A stretch of DNA of 64,000 bases from the human T2T-CHM13v2.0 reference genome, Homo sapiens: NCBI RefSeq assembly GCF_009914755.1, contig NC_060936.1; one strand, given 5' to 3'. The stretch's first letter is position 1. Each line of letters starts with the position of its first letter. A program made the position numbers and the translations under genes. Below are positions 24,497-42,453 of the stretch, one piece after another. The notes under the pieces are model-generated. The model had not been told where the DNA came from. It ran no database searches and was given only the letters and a program-made list of their open reading frames with translations.

Positions 24497-26756
24497 TGAA
24501 AAATGCCAGAGCCATACATTTTTTTTTTTTTTTTTGAGACAGGGTCTCCCTCTGTCACCCAGCCTGGAGTGCAGTGGCATGATCACAGCTCACTGCACAT
24601 TCATCTGCCCAAGCCCAAGTGAGCCTCACACCTCAGCCCCCAAGTAGGTGGGATTACAGGTGCACTCCACCACACCCAGCTAATTTTTGTATTTTTTTGT
24701 AGAGTTGGGGTTTCGCTATGTTGCCCAGGCTAGCCTCAAACTCCTGGGCTCAAGCAATCCTCCCGCCTCGGCTTCCCAAACTGCTGAGATTATAGGCGTG
24801 CACCACCATGCCCAGCCCAGAGCCATACATGTTGGTTTAACCAAAAGAGCTGAAGGGTGGCTTGGAGCACTGGCATAAATGATGTCCCTTTAGCTGTCAG
24901 GGCTGACCGGGAGGGAAACAACCCTGCAACCCGTAATGGTCCTTGGCTTGATCAAAGAGCACCTTGTACTTGAGGTACCCTCTTTGTCCTGGTCCCATCC
25001 ATTCACCAGCAGCCTTCACACATCTGTCCTAAAACCTTAGATTTTACCTATCTGTTGCTGCACATACAGCGGTGCCAGGGGACACTGTCGACCACGCCCG
25101 GTTAATTTTTTGTATTTTTAGTAGAGATGGGGTTTCATCATGTTGGCCAGGCTGTTCTCAAACTCCTGACCCCAGGTGATCCACCTCCTTCAGCCTCCCA
25201 AAGTGTTCGGATTACAGGCGTGAGACACCACGCCCAGGCTCAAATGTTCATCTCTTTCAGAAATACCCTCAGAGGAACACCCAGAGGAATGTTTGACTAA
25301 CTGTCTGAACACATTGCAACCCAGTCAAGCTGACACATAGAATTAACCCTCACAGAACCAATAAGGAAGTGGAAGAAGGTGCTTCTTTTGCTACAGGATG
25401 AGGTGGGAGCAGGAATTGTGAGAGGCCCCCTGGCCACCATCTCCAGTGTATTGGGTTCAGCTCATTTCCTCCCCAGCACTGCTACTAATGTTCAAGGCAT
25501 TATTTGTTGAAGCCAGGTGCCGTCTAAGCAGGCTGTTGAGGGAGAGCAATTTTTTTTTTGAGACAGGATCTCTTTCTGTTGCCCAGGCTGGAGTGCAGTG
25601 ACATGATCTTGGCTCACCGCAGCCTCGACCTCCCAAGTAGCTGGAACCACAAGTGATCCTCAGGTAATCAGGTGATTCTTTCACCTCAGCCTCTTGAGTA
25701 GCTGGGACCACAAGTGTGTGCCACCACACCTGGCTAATTTTCTTTCTTTTTAATAGAGATAGGGTCACCCTATGTGGCCCAGGCTGGTCTCAAACTCCTG
25801 GGCTCAAGTGATCCTCTTGCCTTAGGATCCCGAAGTGCTGGACTACAGGCGTGAGCCACTGTGGCTGGCCTTTTTTTTTTTTTTTTTTTTTTTTTTAAGG
25901 AGAGCAATTTTGGTAACTAGAGACTGCTGGGAAAGAGAATGTGGGCGATCAGAGAGTGCAAGGGACATAGAAGGAAGTCTTTAGAACTTGGATGGGAGTC
26001 CAAGTTCTGCCACTTCCAGGCCTTTGTGCATTCAGCCAGTTACTTAAGCTGTTTGGCCTCAGTGTCCATATATTGCATTAACACCGGGAATAACAATTTT
26101 TACCTTACAAGATTGTTAAGGGAATTAAATGAGATCATGTGAATAAAGAGCCTGCCATAGAGTTGCACTCAATAAACACTATTTTACTTCCCCCTGAATT
26201 CCCTACCTGTACTTTTGGCACATGAAAAAATAATTAGGTAGAAATAGGCTGGAGTCCAGCAGGGGAAGACAAACTAATCTTTCCTGGACTACATTTTTAC
26301 ATGGATAAAAATTTTTGCCACTGCAACTCTAAGCAGCACTCAGTATCTTTGAGATATTAGTGATGTTTTTCTCTGATGTTCTTTTAGCTCCTGGGGTCAC
26401 TGTGGGCTAAGAGAGGTGGAGACAGGCTTTGTGCAACGCTGCCTTGTCCCCCTGCTCAGAGGCAGATGTGACTTAATAGGAAGAATCCTAGAGGCCTTCA
26501 GATGCTGTAGAGAAGATTCATGTTTGATGAGAGAGAGCCTGGATGACATGAAAGTTGTTGTTTTTTTCCAGAGAAAAGGAAAGAGACATAACATTCCCCC
26601 TACCCGCCCAAGCATCAGCTTCCTCTTCTGAACTGGTTGCTGTGGAGATTAAAAACTTTGTACACAGCACATTGCACACAGGCGATACGCGGTTGTTAGA
26701 ATCTCATTACCATTGACAATGGCTAATTATAGATGTGAACATCTAAATGTGTCTGA

Positions 26757-26969
<213 letters not shown>

Positions 26970-28029
26970 TGACACCACGCCCAGCTCATTTTTGTATTTT
27001 TAGTAGAGATGGGGTTTCACCATGTTGGCCAGGCTGGTCTTGACCTCCTGATGTCACGTGGTCTGCCCACCCTGTCCTCCCAAAGTGCTGGGATTACAGG
27101 CGTGAGCCACTTCGCCCAGCCTTTTTTTGTTTCGTTTTGTTTCTTAGAGACAGCATCTTGCTCTGTCCTTCAAGCTAAAGTGCAGTGGCTTGAACATCGC
27201 TACTGCAGCATCAACCTCCTGGGCTCAGGTGATCCTCCTGCCTCAGCCTCCTGAGTAGCTGGGATGACAGGTGTGCACCACCATGCTCAGCTAGTTCTTA
27301 CAATTTTTGTAGAGACCAGGTTTCATTATGTTGCCCAGGCTGGAATTTTCGTATTTTTTGTCACAAAGCCTCGCTATGTTGCCCAGGCTGGTTTCAAACT
27401 CCTGGCTTCAAACAGTCCTCACACCTTAGCCTCCCAAAGGATCTTGTGCTGAGATTACAGGCATGATCCTCCATCTTTTTATATTGTGTAATTATAATGC
27501 AGAGTAGTTTGAGCTTGGTGATGAGAAAGCTTTCTTTTCGCCTTCCTGCCACTCATTGTTTGTATACTTTATTTTCAAAGGCCATTAACATGTCGACAGC
27601 CACTGAGCTGCTGTTTTTGTTTTATTGTTCCCTTGACCACACACCAACCAACCATGACTCCCAATTAATATTCTTAATGGAATCCAAGCCTCTAAGCCTC
27701 ACAGTCCAGGCCCTCCACCAGCCTGCCTCACCCTATCCTCATTTCATCTCCCGCAACCTGGCTCCGGTGAGTGCTCTTCGTAGTCAGACTGGGCTGTTTA
27801 TTTTCTGCAATGAACTTGTAAATCCCTGCCTTTGGCTCGTGCTTGAAATAGCTTCCTCTTTCTCATTACCGAGTCTACGTCCTGTGTTTAAGTGCAGCTC
27901 TGGAACCAGACGACATGTGTGTCATCCCAACTCTACTGCCAGCTATTTATGAGCCCTCAGGCAAGTTACTGAACCTTCCTGTGACTTCACTTCTTTACCT
28001 CTAAAACAGAGGTCATAATAGTATACCTA

Positions 28030-28503
<474 letters not shown>

Positions 28504-28717
28504 TCACCCAGCACTTCCATTCCTAGGTATATACCCAAGTGAATTGAAAGCATATGTCTCCACATAAATGTGTACATTAATGTTTATAGTGGCATTATTC
28601 ATAATAGCCAGAAAGTGGAAACCACCTTAATGTTTATCACAGATGAATGGAGAAACACAATATAGTACTGAATATTCACATAATGGAATATTATTTAGCC
28701 ACAAAAGGAATGTAGTA

Positions 28718-29829
<1,112 letters not shown>

Positions 29830-29915
29830 TACTTATTCATTCTACAACATGAATGAAGAAAACATTATGCTCAATGAAAGAGTCAGTCACAAAGGACTGC
29901 ATATGATTCCACTCA

Positions 29916-30265
29916 CAGGCATCCCTCCTTTTACTGTGCTTGGCTTTATTGTGCCTCACAGATATTGTGAATTTTACAAATTGAACGTTTGTGGTACCCC
30001 TGTGTCGGGCTAGTCTATTGGTGCCATTTTTTTTTCAAACAGAGTGTGCTTACTTCGTGTTTCTGTGTCACATTTTGGTAATCCTCACAGTATTTAAATT
30101 TTTTTCATTAATATTAAAAGTAATGGCCAAAACAACAATTACTTTTGCACCAACCTAATATGATTATCTGTTCTGGTGATCTGTGATCATAGATCCTTGA
30201 TGTTTCTATTGTAATTGTTTTGGAGCACCCATGAAAGATGGTGAACTTAATGGATAAATGTGTGT
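29916..30265 (+). mobile_element. Tigger1 5' fragment containing a partial MADE1 (Hsmar1 MITE) at about 30113-30158
   Basis: CAGGCATCCCTC...TTTATTGTGCCTCACAGATA start; mariner TIR AATTACTTTTGCACCAACCTAA followed by TA. Confidence 0.75.
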
Positions 30266-30883
30266 GTTCTTTTCCTTTTCTTTTTTTTTTTTTTGAGACA
30301 GAATCTCTCTCCGTAGCGAAGTACAATGGCATGATCTCAGCTTACTGCAACCTCCACCTCCCAAGTTCAAGCAATTCTCCTGCCTCAGCCCCCTGAGTAG
30401 CTGGGATTACAGGCACGTACCACCACACCCAGCTAATTTATGTATTTTTAGTAGAGGTGGGGTTTTGCCATATTGGCCAGGTTGGTCTCGAACTCCTGGC
30501 CTCAAGTGATCCACCTGCCTCCCAAAGTGCTGGGATTACAGGCATGATCCACCACGCCCGGCCCCCACCCCCCAGCTTTTCTTTTTTCTTTTTTTTTTGA
30601 GACAGAGTCTCACTTTGTCGCCAGGCTGGAATGCAGTGGTGAAATCTCAGCCCACTGCAGCTTCAAACTCCTGGGCTGAAACAATCCTCCCACCTCAGCG
30701 CCCCATGTAGCTGGGATTACAGGTGTGTGCCACCACGCCCAGCTAATTTTTGTATTTTTAGTAGAGATGGCGACTCGCCATGTTGGCCAGGCTGGTCTCG
30801 AACTCCTGAGCTCAAGCGATCCACCCACCTTGGCCTCCCAAAGTTCTGGGATTCCAGGCATGAGCCACTGCACTCAGCCCTGC

Positions 30884-31417
30884 TGTCAGAGGCCTTTGTA
30901 CCAGAGCAACTCCATCTCGAATAGGGGCTGGTTAACCTGAGGCTGAAACCTGCTGGGCTACATTTCCAGTAAGTTAAGGTATTCTTAGTCACAGAATGAG
31001 ATAGGAGGTCGCTGTAAAGACTTTGCTGATCAAACAGGTTGCAGTAAGGAAGCCAACCAAAACCCACCAAAACCAAGATGGCAACGAGAGTGATCTCCAG
31101 TCGTCCTCACTGCTACACTCCCACCAGTGCCATGACAGTTTACAAATGCTGTGGCAACATCAGGAAGTTACCCTATATAGTCTCAAAGGGGAGGCATAAA
31201 TAATCCACCCGTTGTTTAGCATATATCATCAAGAAATAACCATAAAAAATGGGCAACAAGCAACCCTTGGGGCTGCTCTGTCTTTGGAGTAGCCATTCTT
31301 TTATTTCTTTACTTTCTTAAACTTGCTTTCACTTTATGGACTTGCCCTGATTTCTTTCTTGCGTGAGATCCAAGAACCCTCTCTTGGGATCTGAATCGTG
31401 ATCCCTTTCCAGTAACA
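30884..31417 (+). mobile_element. MER41 solo LTR (MER41A-type, lacking the tandem GAS block)
   Basis: TGTCAGAGGCCTTTGTACCAGAGCAACTCCATCT...CCCTTTCCAGTAACA; AAAGGGGAGGCATAAATAATCC runs on without the TTCCGGGAA segment found in MER41B. Confidence 0.85.
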
Positions 31418-31660
31418 CTAAGAGGGTTTTGAGTGGAAGATTGAAATGACCTGACCTTTTTTTTTTTTTTTAAAGAATCACTCTGGCTTTTCTGTTGAGA
31501 AGAGACCAAAGGAAGCAAGGAGGGATAAGGAGGTTAGTTCAAAGACCTTTGCAATGAAAGAGTTAAGGACGTGCCACCCCCAAATATGCCAGTTTGGCAT
31601 ACTGATTATTTCAAGCTGAAGGTACTTGAGAGACTGTCATTGCAGGAAGAGCTAGCTCAC

Positions 31661-32074
31661 TGTTTCACAGTGGACAGGGTCTATGCAAACCTGCGGCCAA
31701 GGAAGCTGAGAGGTGGAAGAAAGAGGCTGACACATCCAGTTTCTTAGGAAGAAACGTTTACTAGGGACTTAGAACAGAAGCCATGTCTGTATCTCAGGAA
31801 GCAGTGAGACAAGATGGTGGATCCCCGCACCATTACCCCTCAAACCCAGGGCTTATATACCCCAGGAGAGGAGTGATTCAGAAGGGACGTGGAGAACAAC
31901 TTAAGTATGATAACATCAAGGCCACTTGACCTAAGGGCAGGATTTACAGTCAGTACGTGCTCTTACACAAGGAACAATAGATAAACTGGAAGTCTTACAA
32001 GACTTCCTGGAACTGGCGTTAATCAGAAACCAGCATGGATTAGCATCCAGGATGGAGTTGCTTTGCCCTCCCCA
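31661..32074 (-). mobile_element. LTR47-like ERVL solo LTR
   Basis: Minus strand starts TGGGGAGGGCAAAGCAACTCCATCCTGGATGCTAATCC; 5-bp TSD CTCAC/CTGAC with one mismatch. Confidence 0.65.
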
Positions 32075-32588
32075 CTGACGTGTCCATTCCTACCTTTAGG
32101 AAGCCATAAAAATTCCTTTGAGAAAGATGCCTTCCCTTTTTTTTTTTTTTCTTTTTTGAGACGGAGTCTTGCTCTGTCGTCCAGGCTGGAGTGCAGTGGC
32201 GCAATCTCGGCTCACTGCAACCTCCACCTCCCGGGTTGCAGTGAGGCAACCCGGGTTCAAGCAATTCTCTAGCCTCAGCCTCCCGAATAGCAGGGATTAC
32301 AGGTGCGTGCCACCACGCATGGCTAATTTTTGTATTTTTAGTAGAGACGGGGTTTTACCACGTTGGCCAGGCTGGTCTGGAACTCCTGACCTCAGGTGTG
32401 ATCTAGCCGCCTCCGCCTCCCAAAGTGCTGAGATTACAGACATGGGCCACCGCGCCCGGCCGATGCCTTCCTTTAGTAGAAAGAGAAAATAACCCTTATC
32501 TCCAGAGACTGGGAATTGATGCTACAATGGACCTATACAGATAAACTTACTAAACGAACACTTACCTTTCACTAGCTTTGCACTTCAC

Positions 32589-33204
32589 TGATACAGGAGT
32601 TTAGAAGAAATCACTTAGGCAGATAGTAGGAGTATGGGAATCCTCAGTAAGGCTTTTCTTTTTCATGAAAAGCAGCCCCAAATCATTTTCTAACAAAGAG
32701 CATTCTGTAAAGCCGAGCTGCAGACACAGACAAGCAAGCTGGGAGCTTGCACGAGTGAACGCAGGGAGGAACTTCGGAGTACACATGTTCAAATTGGAGG
32801 CTCCATCTTCCCTTCCCTTTGTCAGCCACGTGTACTGTAAGGAGCAGACAAGATGGTGTTGATCAACTAGAAAGTCTATTTCCATAATAAGATTAGGGTG
32901 GGGTAACCAGGCTTCCCCTGCGCACAGTGTAAACGTCATACCTGATCAAACCAATCTATGAGCCCTATGTAAATCAGACACCGTCTCCTCAGACCTGACT
33001 ATAAACTTCGGCGCATCCACTGCCGGCTGGTCCTTTCCACTCGCAGATCCATTTCTCTATAGAGAAAGCTGTTTCTCTTTCCCTTCTCTTCTGCCTATTA
33101 AACCTCTGCTCCTACACTCCTTGTGTGTGTCAGTGTCCTAAATTTTCCTGGCGCCTGACGACAAACCCCGGGTTTATACCGCAGACAGTGGTATGGTCCC
33201 TTCA
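32589..33204 (+). mobile_element. MER50 solo LTR
   Basis: TGATACAGGAGTTTAGAAGAAATCACTTAGGCAGATAGT start; CCAAT at 32951 and TATAAA near 33000; TSD TCAC at 32585-32588 and 33205-33208. Confidence 0.8.
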
Positions 33205-33705
33205 TCACCATATATCTCCTAGTGATTCCCCCGCAATTTACTGCCCCTAGTCCAAATCCCTTTGTCTTATCATTTCTTCATAAATTTATCATTTCTTTGT
33301 CCAAAAGGTATAAAAGCTTTCTGTTCTGGCCATTTTCTTCAGGTCGTCGCCCCTTTCATCTTGTGAGAGTCTTCATGTGCAAGTAAAAATTAGTAACACT
33401 TGTATGCTTTTCTGTTAATCTGGTTTATGTCCATTTAATTCTTAGACTTAGCTTTAGACGATCCCAAGGGAGTAGAGGAGAATTTATCCTCCCATCAGCA
33501 ATAATCCAGGCTAGAGATGATGGTGATTTATATTAGAGGAAAGCAATGCAGGTGGTGAAAAGTGGTCAGATTCTGCATAGACAGTGTTTTGGATTTGCTA
33601 GTGGGTTAGTTGTGGAGTGTGCACGTGTGTGTGAGAGAAAGATTGAGAGAGAATGTGTTATAGATTATACCAAATCTTTCTTAAGCTTTAAGCCTGAACT
33701 ATTTA

Positions 33706-34113
<408 letters not shown>

Positions 34114-34181
34114 TTAAGTTTCAGTTTTGTTTTTGCTTTTACTGTTTTAGCTGAAGCACACTTGGCCGATGTTAAGCTAAA

Positions 34182-34200
34182 TTATCAGTAGATGGCACCA
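34182..34200 (+). promoter_or_regulatory. Possible CTCF motif
   Basis: TTATCAGTAGATGGCACCA, two mismatches to the consensus. Confidence 0.4.
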
Positions 34201-34434
34201 CAGTCTTAGTTAGCTGAAGATTTCTGGGTTTTGCAGGGAGTGAGGATTCTAGTGTCAGTTGTCGGATGTTTAGGTGTGACTCAGTGACCTATGCTTAAAA
34301 GTTTGCCCGGTTACTAACTGAGGGAGCAACAAGTACAAACTGCAGATAGGGAATTGAAAAAAGGAAACACACAAATTTACACAGACACGGTGCCCATAGA
34401 TTTGTTGCAAGGGCAGTTTGGTAGAGAGAAGCTA

Positions 34435-36830
<2,396 letters not shown>

Positions 36831-36889
36831 TTTTTAAATGAGATACTGATATGTAATGTTTGTTATTTTACTCATGTATTTATTTGCCT

Positions 36890-37400
36890 TTTCTTTCATT
36901 TAACAGAGTTTATTGAGTGTCTGTGCCAGAGGCTAAAAGAGGTATGACATGGTCTGCTTTCAAGTCTAGGCAGTGACGGTTCTGCTTGATATGCTTGTTG
37001 TACATGCCCATAGGAAGCTAAGAAAATAGGAAGATTAGCGTGTAGGCTGGCATGTTGGGGAAGGCTTTTCAGAGGACCTTAACGTTGAACTGAGTTCTGA
37101 AGGACGAGTAGGTGGTTTGGACAGTGAGGAGCGGTTAGCAGTGGCAGCTTTCTGTCTTCAACAAGGCCTAGGGATGAGAGAACAAGGCGCTGTGGGAGGA
37201 AAACAAATTGCAGCAGAGAGGGGAGAAGAGGAGTGTTTTGAAAAGAGGCAGGATAGGTTAAGTCGGGACTGATCAGCATGGGCCAGGAAAGCTGTGGTCA
37301 GGAATCCAGCTGTACCATTGAAGGTCTGGGGAGCTAGAGCAGGTTTTAAGCAAGGGAGAACACAGATAGCCTGCTGATGAACAGCACAGGCCAATCGAGT
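36890..37400. mobile_element. L2 relic
   Basis: TCATTTAACAGAGTTTATTGAGTG...GGGAAGGCTTT...GTTTTAAGCAAGGGAG, L2-like blocks. Confidence 0.6.
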
Positions 37401-38405
37401 GGAGCAAGAGAAACCATCTTGCCCTTAGATTGGCTAGCATTACGGTTAAACGAGTGTATTTAATTAGTCTCCAAGTCCTGCTAATAGCTCATCCTTAATC
37501 ATTTTCAAATGTTCCAATTCTTTCCATCCCTATCGCAGTTACCTTAGTTCTGTCTCCATTATTGTTTGCTTGGATTACCATAATATCCTCCAATGGCGGT
37601 TTCCTTGTCTTCAGTCTTGCCCCGCCTTTAACTCTTTGCTACCTGCAGCATAAAACATTTTTCTAAAATTCAAGTTTGATCCTCTCACCTTTAACTGAAA
37701 ACCTGATCTGCTGCTCATCAACACTATCTCTGTGTTTCTAATAATGATCATCACTGTAATAGCATACTTAGCAAGCATTTACTACATGCCAGGAACTGGG
37801 CTAAACAAGATGTGCTTTTATCTTATTAAATCTTCCTAAAACATTATTACTATCATCACTATTTTACAGATGAAGAAACTGATTATTAAGAAGGTTTAGC
37901 AATGTGTCCAAGATCATACAGTTAATAAGTGTAATTGAATAACTTGTTGAAAAACCAAAAAACCCTTAAAGACAAAGTTGTGTAGGGAATAGAATTTTTT
38001 ACTTGCACCTGCAAGAGGGACCGATTATTAGAGAACTGGCTTTGTAAACAAAAATGTAGGGCAGGTATTTAAAGTAAAAAAATCACAAGGATAGACAACA
38101 GCTCAAATTGTTATCAGTTCACAAGTCTGCTTGGATGTATGTGGGTCAATTTTGTTAAAATCTAGACGGTCCTTTCTATTAAGACATTACAATGCATCAA
38201 CACCAAACAACAGAAAAGAAAATCCATATATCCCTGTTTTTCATGCTTTGTCTGGGACTAAAGGAAGGGCAGGCCTTTTCTAGACTATGGAATCTAAGTT
38301 TCAGAAAAAAATCATTTAAGCTGCAATATAAAGAATAATCTTGGCCGGTCGCAGTGGCTCACACCTGTAATCCCAACACTTTGGGAGGCCGAGGTGGGCG
38401 GATCA

Positions 38406-38615
<210 letters not shown>

Positions 38616-39899
38616 TCATCTCAAAAAAAAAAAAAAAAAAAAAAGAATAGTTTTAAGGAAGGCAGAATTAGAGATAGACAAGTTATAGGAACCCAGGCAA
38701 GCCATTATAATGCCAAACTAAGGCAATGGCAGGAGGGATAGAAAGAACTGGACCAGTTTTAAATCCATTATGGGACAGGAAAGGCATGTTGCAGTCCCTT
38801 CAGCCAAGTTGCAAGTTTTGAATGAGTTATCCAAACATTATTAAATGCATCTTCAGTGATGACTACCAAGCTTTTTTCCAGGAACCAACCCTCTTTTGTA
38901 AAAATGTTAGGTTAGCCTGTTCGTTCTGGTTTCTTGGGCAGTGACTGGGATGTTCAAACTATTAATTGGGATAGAACACCGAAGCTGGTTAAAAACAATA
39001 TTTCTTATAGAAATTGATCTTGAACATGGATCAAGGTTCACTGCTAGCAGGAGAATCGGAGAGTGTGTGGTAATGAAAAGTTATAGTTGAGAAAACAAGC
39101 GTTTACATCAGCAACTAATTAAGAAAAAAGCAGCTCATAAGTGGATGAATGCAGTTCATAAACACATTATATCAGTTATTACACAGGAAATCTAAGGCAG
39201 AATACTGTGAAATGCAAGGTGTATAGCTTATCAACAAGAATGTAGCAAATACACCATTCAACTAAGAAAGAAATGATAAGGCTGCATCTGGGGCTGTTGA
39301 CTGGAAGCACAAAGTTTCCTTTCCTTGTAGTAGTTCCTAAAGATTCCAGTTTACATGGAAAGACAGAAAGCTGTCACACCCATGGCAGGAGCGCAGAACC
39401 CAAGCGACAAATTCTAATTTTGAACAGGCAGGTGCCAGTGCATTTCTCAAACTGCAAACTAAAATGCAGAAACACGATTTTCCTGTTTCTTAGTTTTGGA
39501 CCGTTTTCCCCCCTCTAGCACGCCAGAGCAGGTTTTAATTGTTGTCAGGTCAGATGGTGAGTTAACTTTGAGTGTTGAGTTGAGGGGCCAGTGGGATGTG
39601 GGTCCAGTTGAAAGGTGGATATATGTAGATCCAGACTCGAGTGATATAGGCTGCAAATAAATTGCTAGTGAATTTATGAATTATTAGAAAAGAAAGGACA
39701 TTCATTATGATTTAATCGCAGTTGAATGTAGGCAGCACAGAGGGCTTATACTGTGTCTTTTTTTTTTTTTTTTTTTAAATATACGGTGTCTATTTTGCTC
39801 ACCACTCTATGCCCGGTGCCTGGAAGTGCGACTGGCACATAGTAGGTGTTGCATAGTTTCAGAATGAACTTTTTAGGAATCAAAATTCTACAAACATTG

Positions 39900-40420
39900 C
39901 ACACAGATTTAACGTTCCCTTATTTTCCAGGTGAGGTCAGGGCGCCCTTTGGTTTCGCGCTTCTGTCCCTTTAAGAAAGTGGAGGAGAAAGAAAGCGCTG
40001 CTGGGAAAAAGGGCGGGGCCGCGAGGGGCCGCCGTCCGTCCCGCCCCCTGCCGGGCCGCGGCGCTCTGCTAGAGCGTGGCTCAGTTTTGGTAGCGGGACC
40101 CCGGAAATGTAAAGCATGAGCGGGAACAGTCGCCAGGGCGAGTGACAGGCGAGCCCTATGCTTTACTTCCGAGGGCGGTGTCAGCAAAGCTAGGTAAGGA
40201 GACAGGGAGGACGGTGCCTGCCCCTTTAAGATCGACTCCACCCCGCCTCTGGAGGAAAATGACGCCGCCGTCTACCCGTTGTGGAACGTAACTCTTTTCA
40301 TCCCATCAGCTCTCCTTCTCATTAAGAGAAATACCAAGTGGTCACCACAGTCACATACTTCATAACCCATGCCTCATCGGTGCTGGGACGGGAGAGGGAA
40401 GCGCCGATCTAAATGACATG
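39900..40420 (+). promoter_or_regulatory. CpG-rich promoter of ETFBKMT
   Basis: Main non-repeat CpG cluster in the window; E2F-type TTTCGCGC 39953-39960, GC box GGGCGGGG 40011-40018, ETS-type CCGGAAAT 40101-40108. Confidence 0.85.
40060..40193 (+). other. ETFBKMT: ETFBKMT non-coding first exon (start approximate)
   Basis: Donor TAG|GTAAGG at 40193/40194 within the CpG island; matching acceptor poly-T CAG| at 42670/42671 opens exon 2, which has 113 nt of 5'UTR. Confidence 0.65.
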
Positions 40421-40848
40421 GGGTCCAAATCCCAAATAATCTCTATTTGCTCTGCGTTACCTTTAAACTTAGGCTGCGTTGTGTGATTCAAGTGACAGCC
40501 TAGTACTGCTTAACAATTAGTCTAGTGGGATACCAGGCCCTGAGAGACCCCTACGATCCCAGGACACTGATGTGGGGTAACTAACACCCACTGGAAGTCT
40601 ACGCTGAGTTCACAGGCTATGTATGACCTGACATGCATTTTGACCTGCCCTGTGTTTTGATATTTGAATGAGTTGCTGATGTTTACAAGCCGAAGCTGGC
40701 CGGGCGTGGTGGCTCGCGCCTGTAATCCCAGCACTTTGGGAGGTCGAGGCAGGAGGATCGCTTCAGGTCAGGAGTTCCAGACCAGTCTGGCCAACATGGC
40801 GAAACCTCGTCTCTACTAAAAAAAAAAAAAAAAAAAATACAAAAATTA

Positions 40849-41034
<186 letters not shown>

Positions 41035-41816
41035 TCAATATCTAGATTTTTTTGATGATTTTGAGAAATCGGAGGATCTGGCAGCATGTCCTGCCTAGCC
41101 TTTTTGAACTGTTTGAAAACAGTCTCCAGCTTGCCACAGCCCCTCTGTTATTTTACAGCCAGCCTGCATCACTCATTTATGATGTCCAGCCCCTTGTGGG
41201 GATTTGGATTTTTGACCCCTAAATACTTTAGTGGATTTAAGACCATTTAAAACATTTATGCAGAAGAGATCCGAGGTCCCCAAACAACTGGGTGTATAAG
41301 TTGTGTTTAAGTTGTTCCTCATTCTCATTTATTCTAATCCGGGTGTTTTTCTATATATATATATTTTTAAACAAATCTTAGTGATCAATTGCACAGGTGT
41401 TTTTCTGTTGGAGCAAATCTTTTCAGTTTAGGCTTGGTAAAATCGAACCATCAGATACTTTTACAGAAAGAGATTTAGGAGTTGATGTTCTTTTATTACA
41501 ATTAAATGCATACAGTATTTTTAAAGGAAAAAACCTGAATCTTGATTGCATTGTTTTATGATACAACAATCTTTAATGAAATAGAGTAGTCAATATAATT
41601 TGTATTAATATATCTCTGCCCACAGACAATTATAAATTCATTAACCCCCAGAACTCTTGGCTAGACTTCATAAAGGCAAAAACTGTGTTTGCCCTGTTAA
41701 CTGCTTTATCCCACCACTAGAATATAAGCTTCCTGAAGACAGAAGACTTCTGTTATTTTGTTCACAGTTACCAAGCATGCCTACTTTGTTAAATTTATGA
41801 AAGAACTTTAAAGGTA

Positions 41817-42091
41817 CAGTTGGCCCACAATATAACAATATAGCAATATAAAATTACAACAATAAAAATAACACAAAAATAGTGTAACAACTACTTATAT
41901 AGCATTTACGTTGTATTAAGTATTATGAGTCATCCAGAGATGATTTAAAGTAAAGTATACCACAGCATATGCCTAGTTTATATACAAATATGATGCCATT
42001 TTATATAAGGGACTTGAGTATCCTCTGATTGTGGTATCCTGGAAGCAGGGGATACCGGAACCAATCACTTGAGGATACTGAAGGATGACTG
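41817..42091. mobile_element. Tigger3/MER8-like DNA transposon relic
   Basis: TA|CAGTTGGCCC ... GAGGATACTGAAGGATGACTG|TA; internal ATAGCATTTACGTTGTATTAAGTATTA. Confidence 0.65.
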
Positions 42092-42324
42092 TATGGCTGA
42101 TTTCCTGTAAGAGGCATTTTCTTGAGGATTCTTTCAAAATCAAATGCTTGTATATTTGTTGTGTTAAATTACTAAAAGGATTCTCTTGTGAAAAGTATCA
42201 TTTAAAAAGATTGGATTTTCCCAATTGATGCACCAAAGCTTTCATCTGAAATGAACTTGCACATGTGAATCATCAGATACAGTAATATACACTGTAATAT
42301 TTTATTTCTTTTTTTTTTTTATGA

Positions 42325-42453
<129 letters not shown>

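Larger units (their letters stand above)
31555..33497 (+). mobile_element. MER34-like ERV1 LTR inside an L2 relic, hosting an LTR47-like LTR, an Alu and MER50
   Basis: TGAAAGAGTTAAGGACGTGCCACCCCCAAATATGCC start; perfect 4-bp TSD GCAA at 31551-31554 and 33498-33501. Confidence 0.75.

Noticed and set aside
30884-31417. MER41 as an interferon-gamma/STAT1 enhancer
   Set aside because: This copy lacks the tandem TTCCGGGAA block that gives MER41B its STAT1 binding.
39909-40241. 110-aa antisense ORF over the promoter
   Set aside because: Non-ATG start and low-complexity Pro/Arg/Ala content, as expected by chance in GC-rich DNA.
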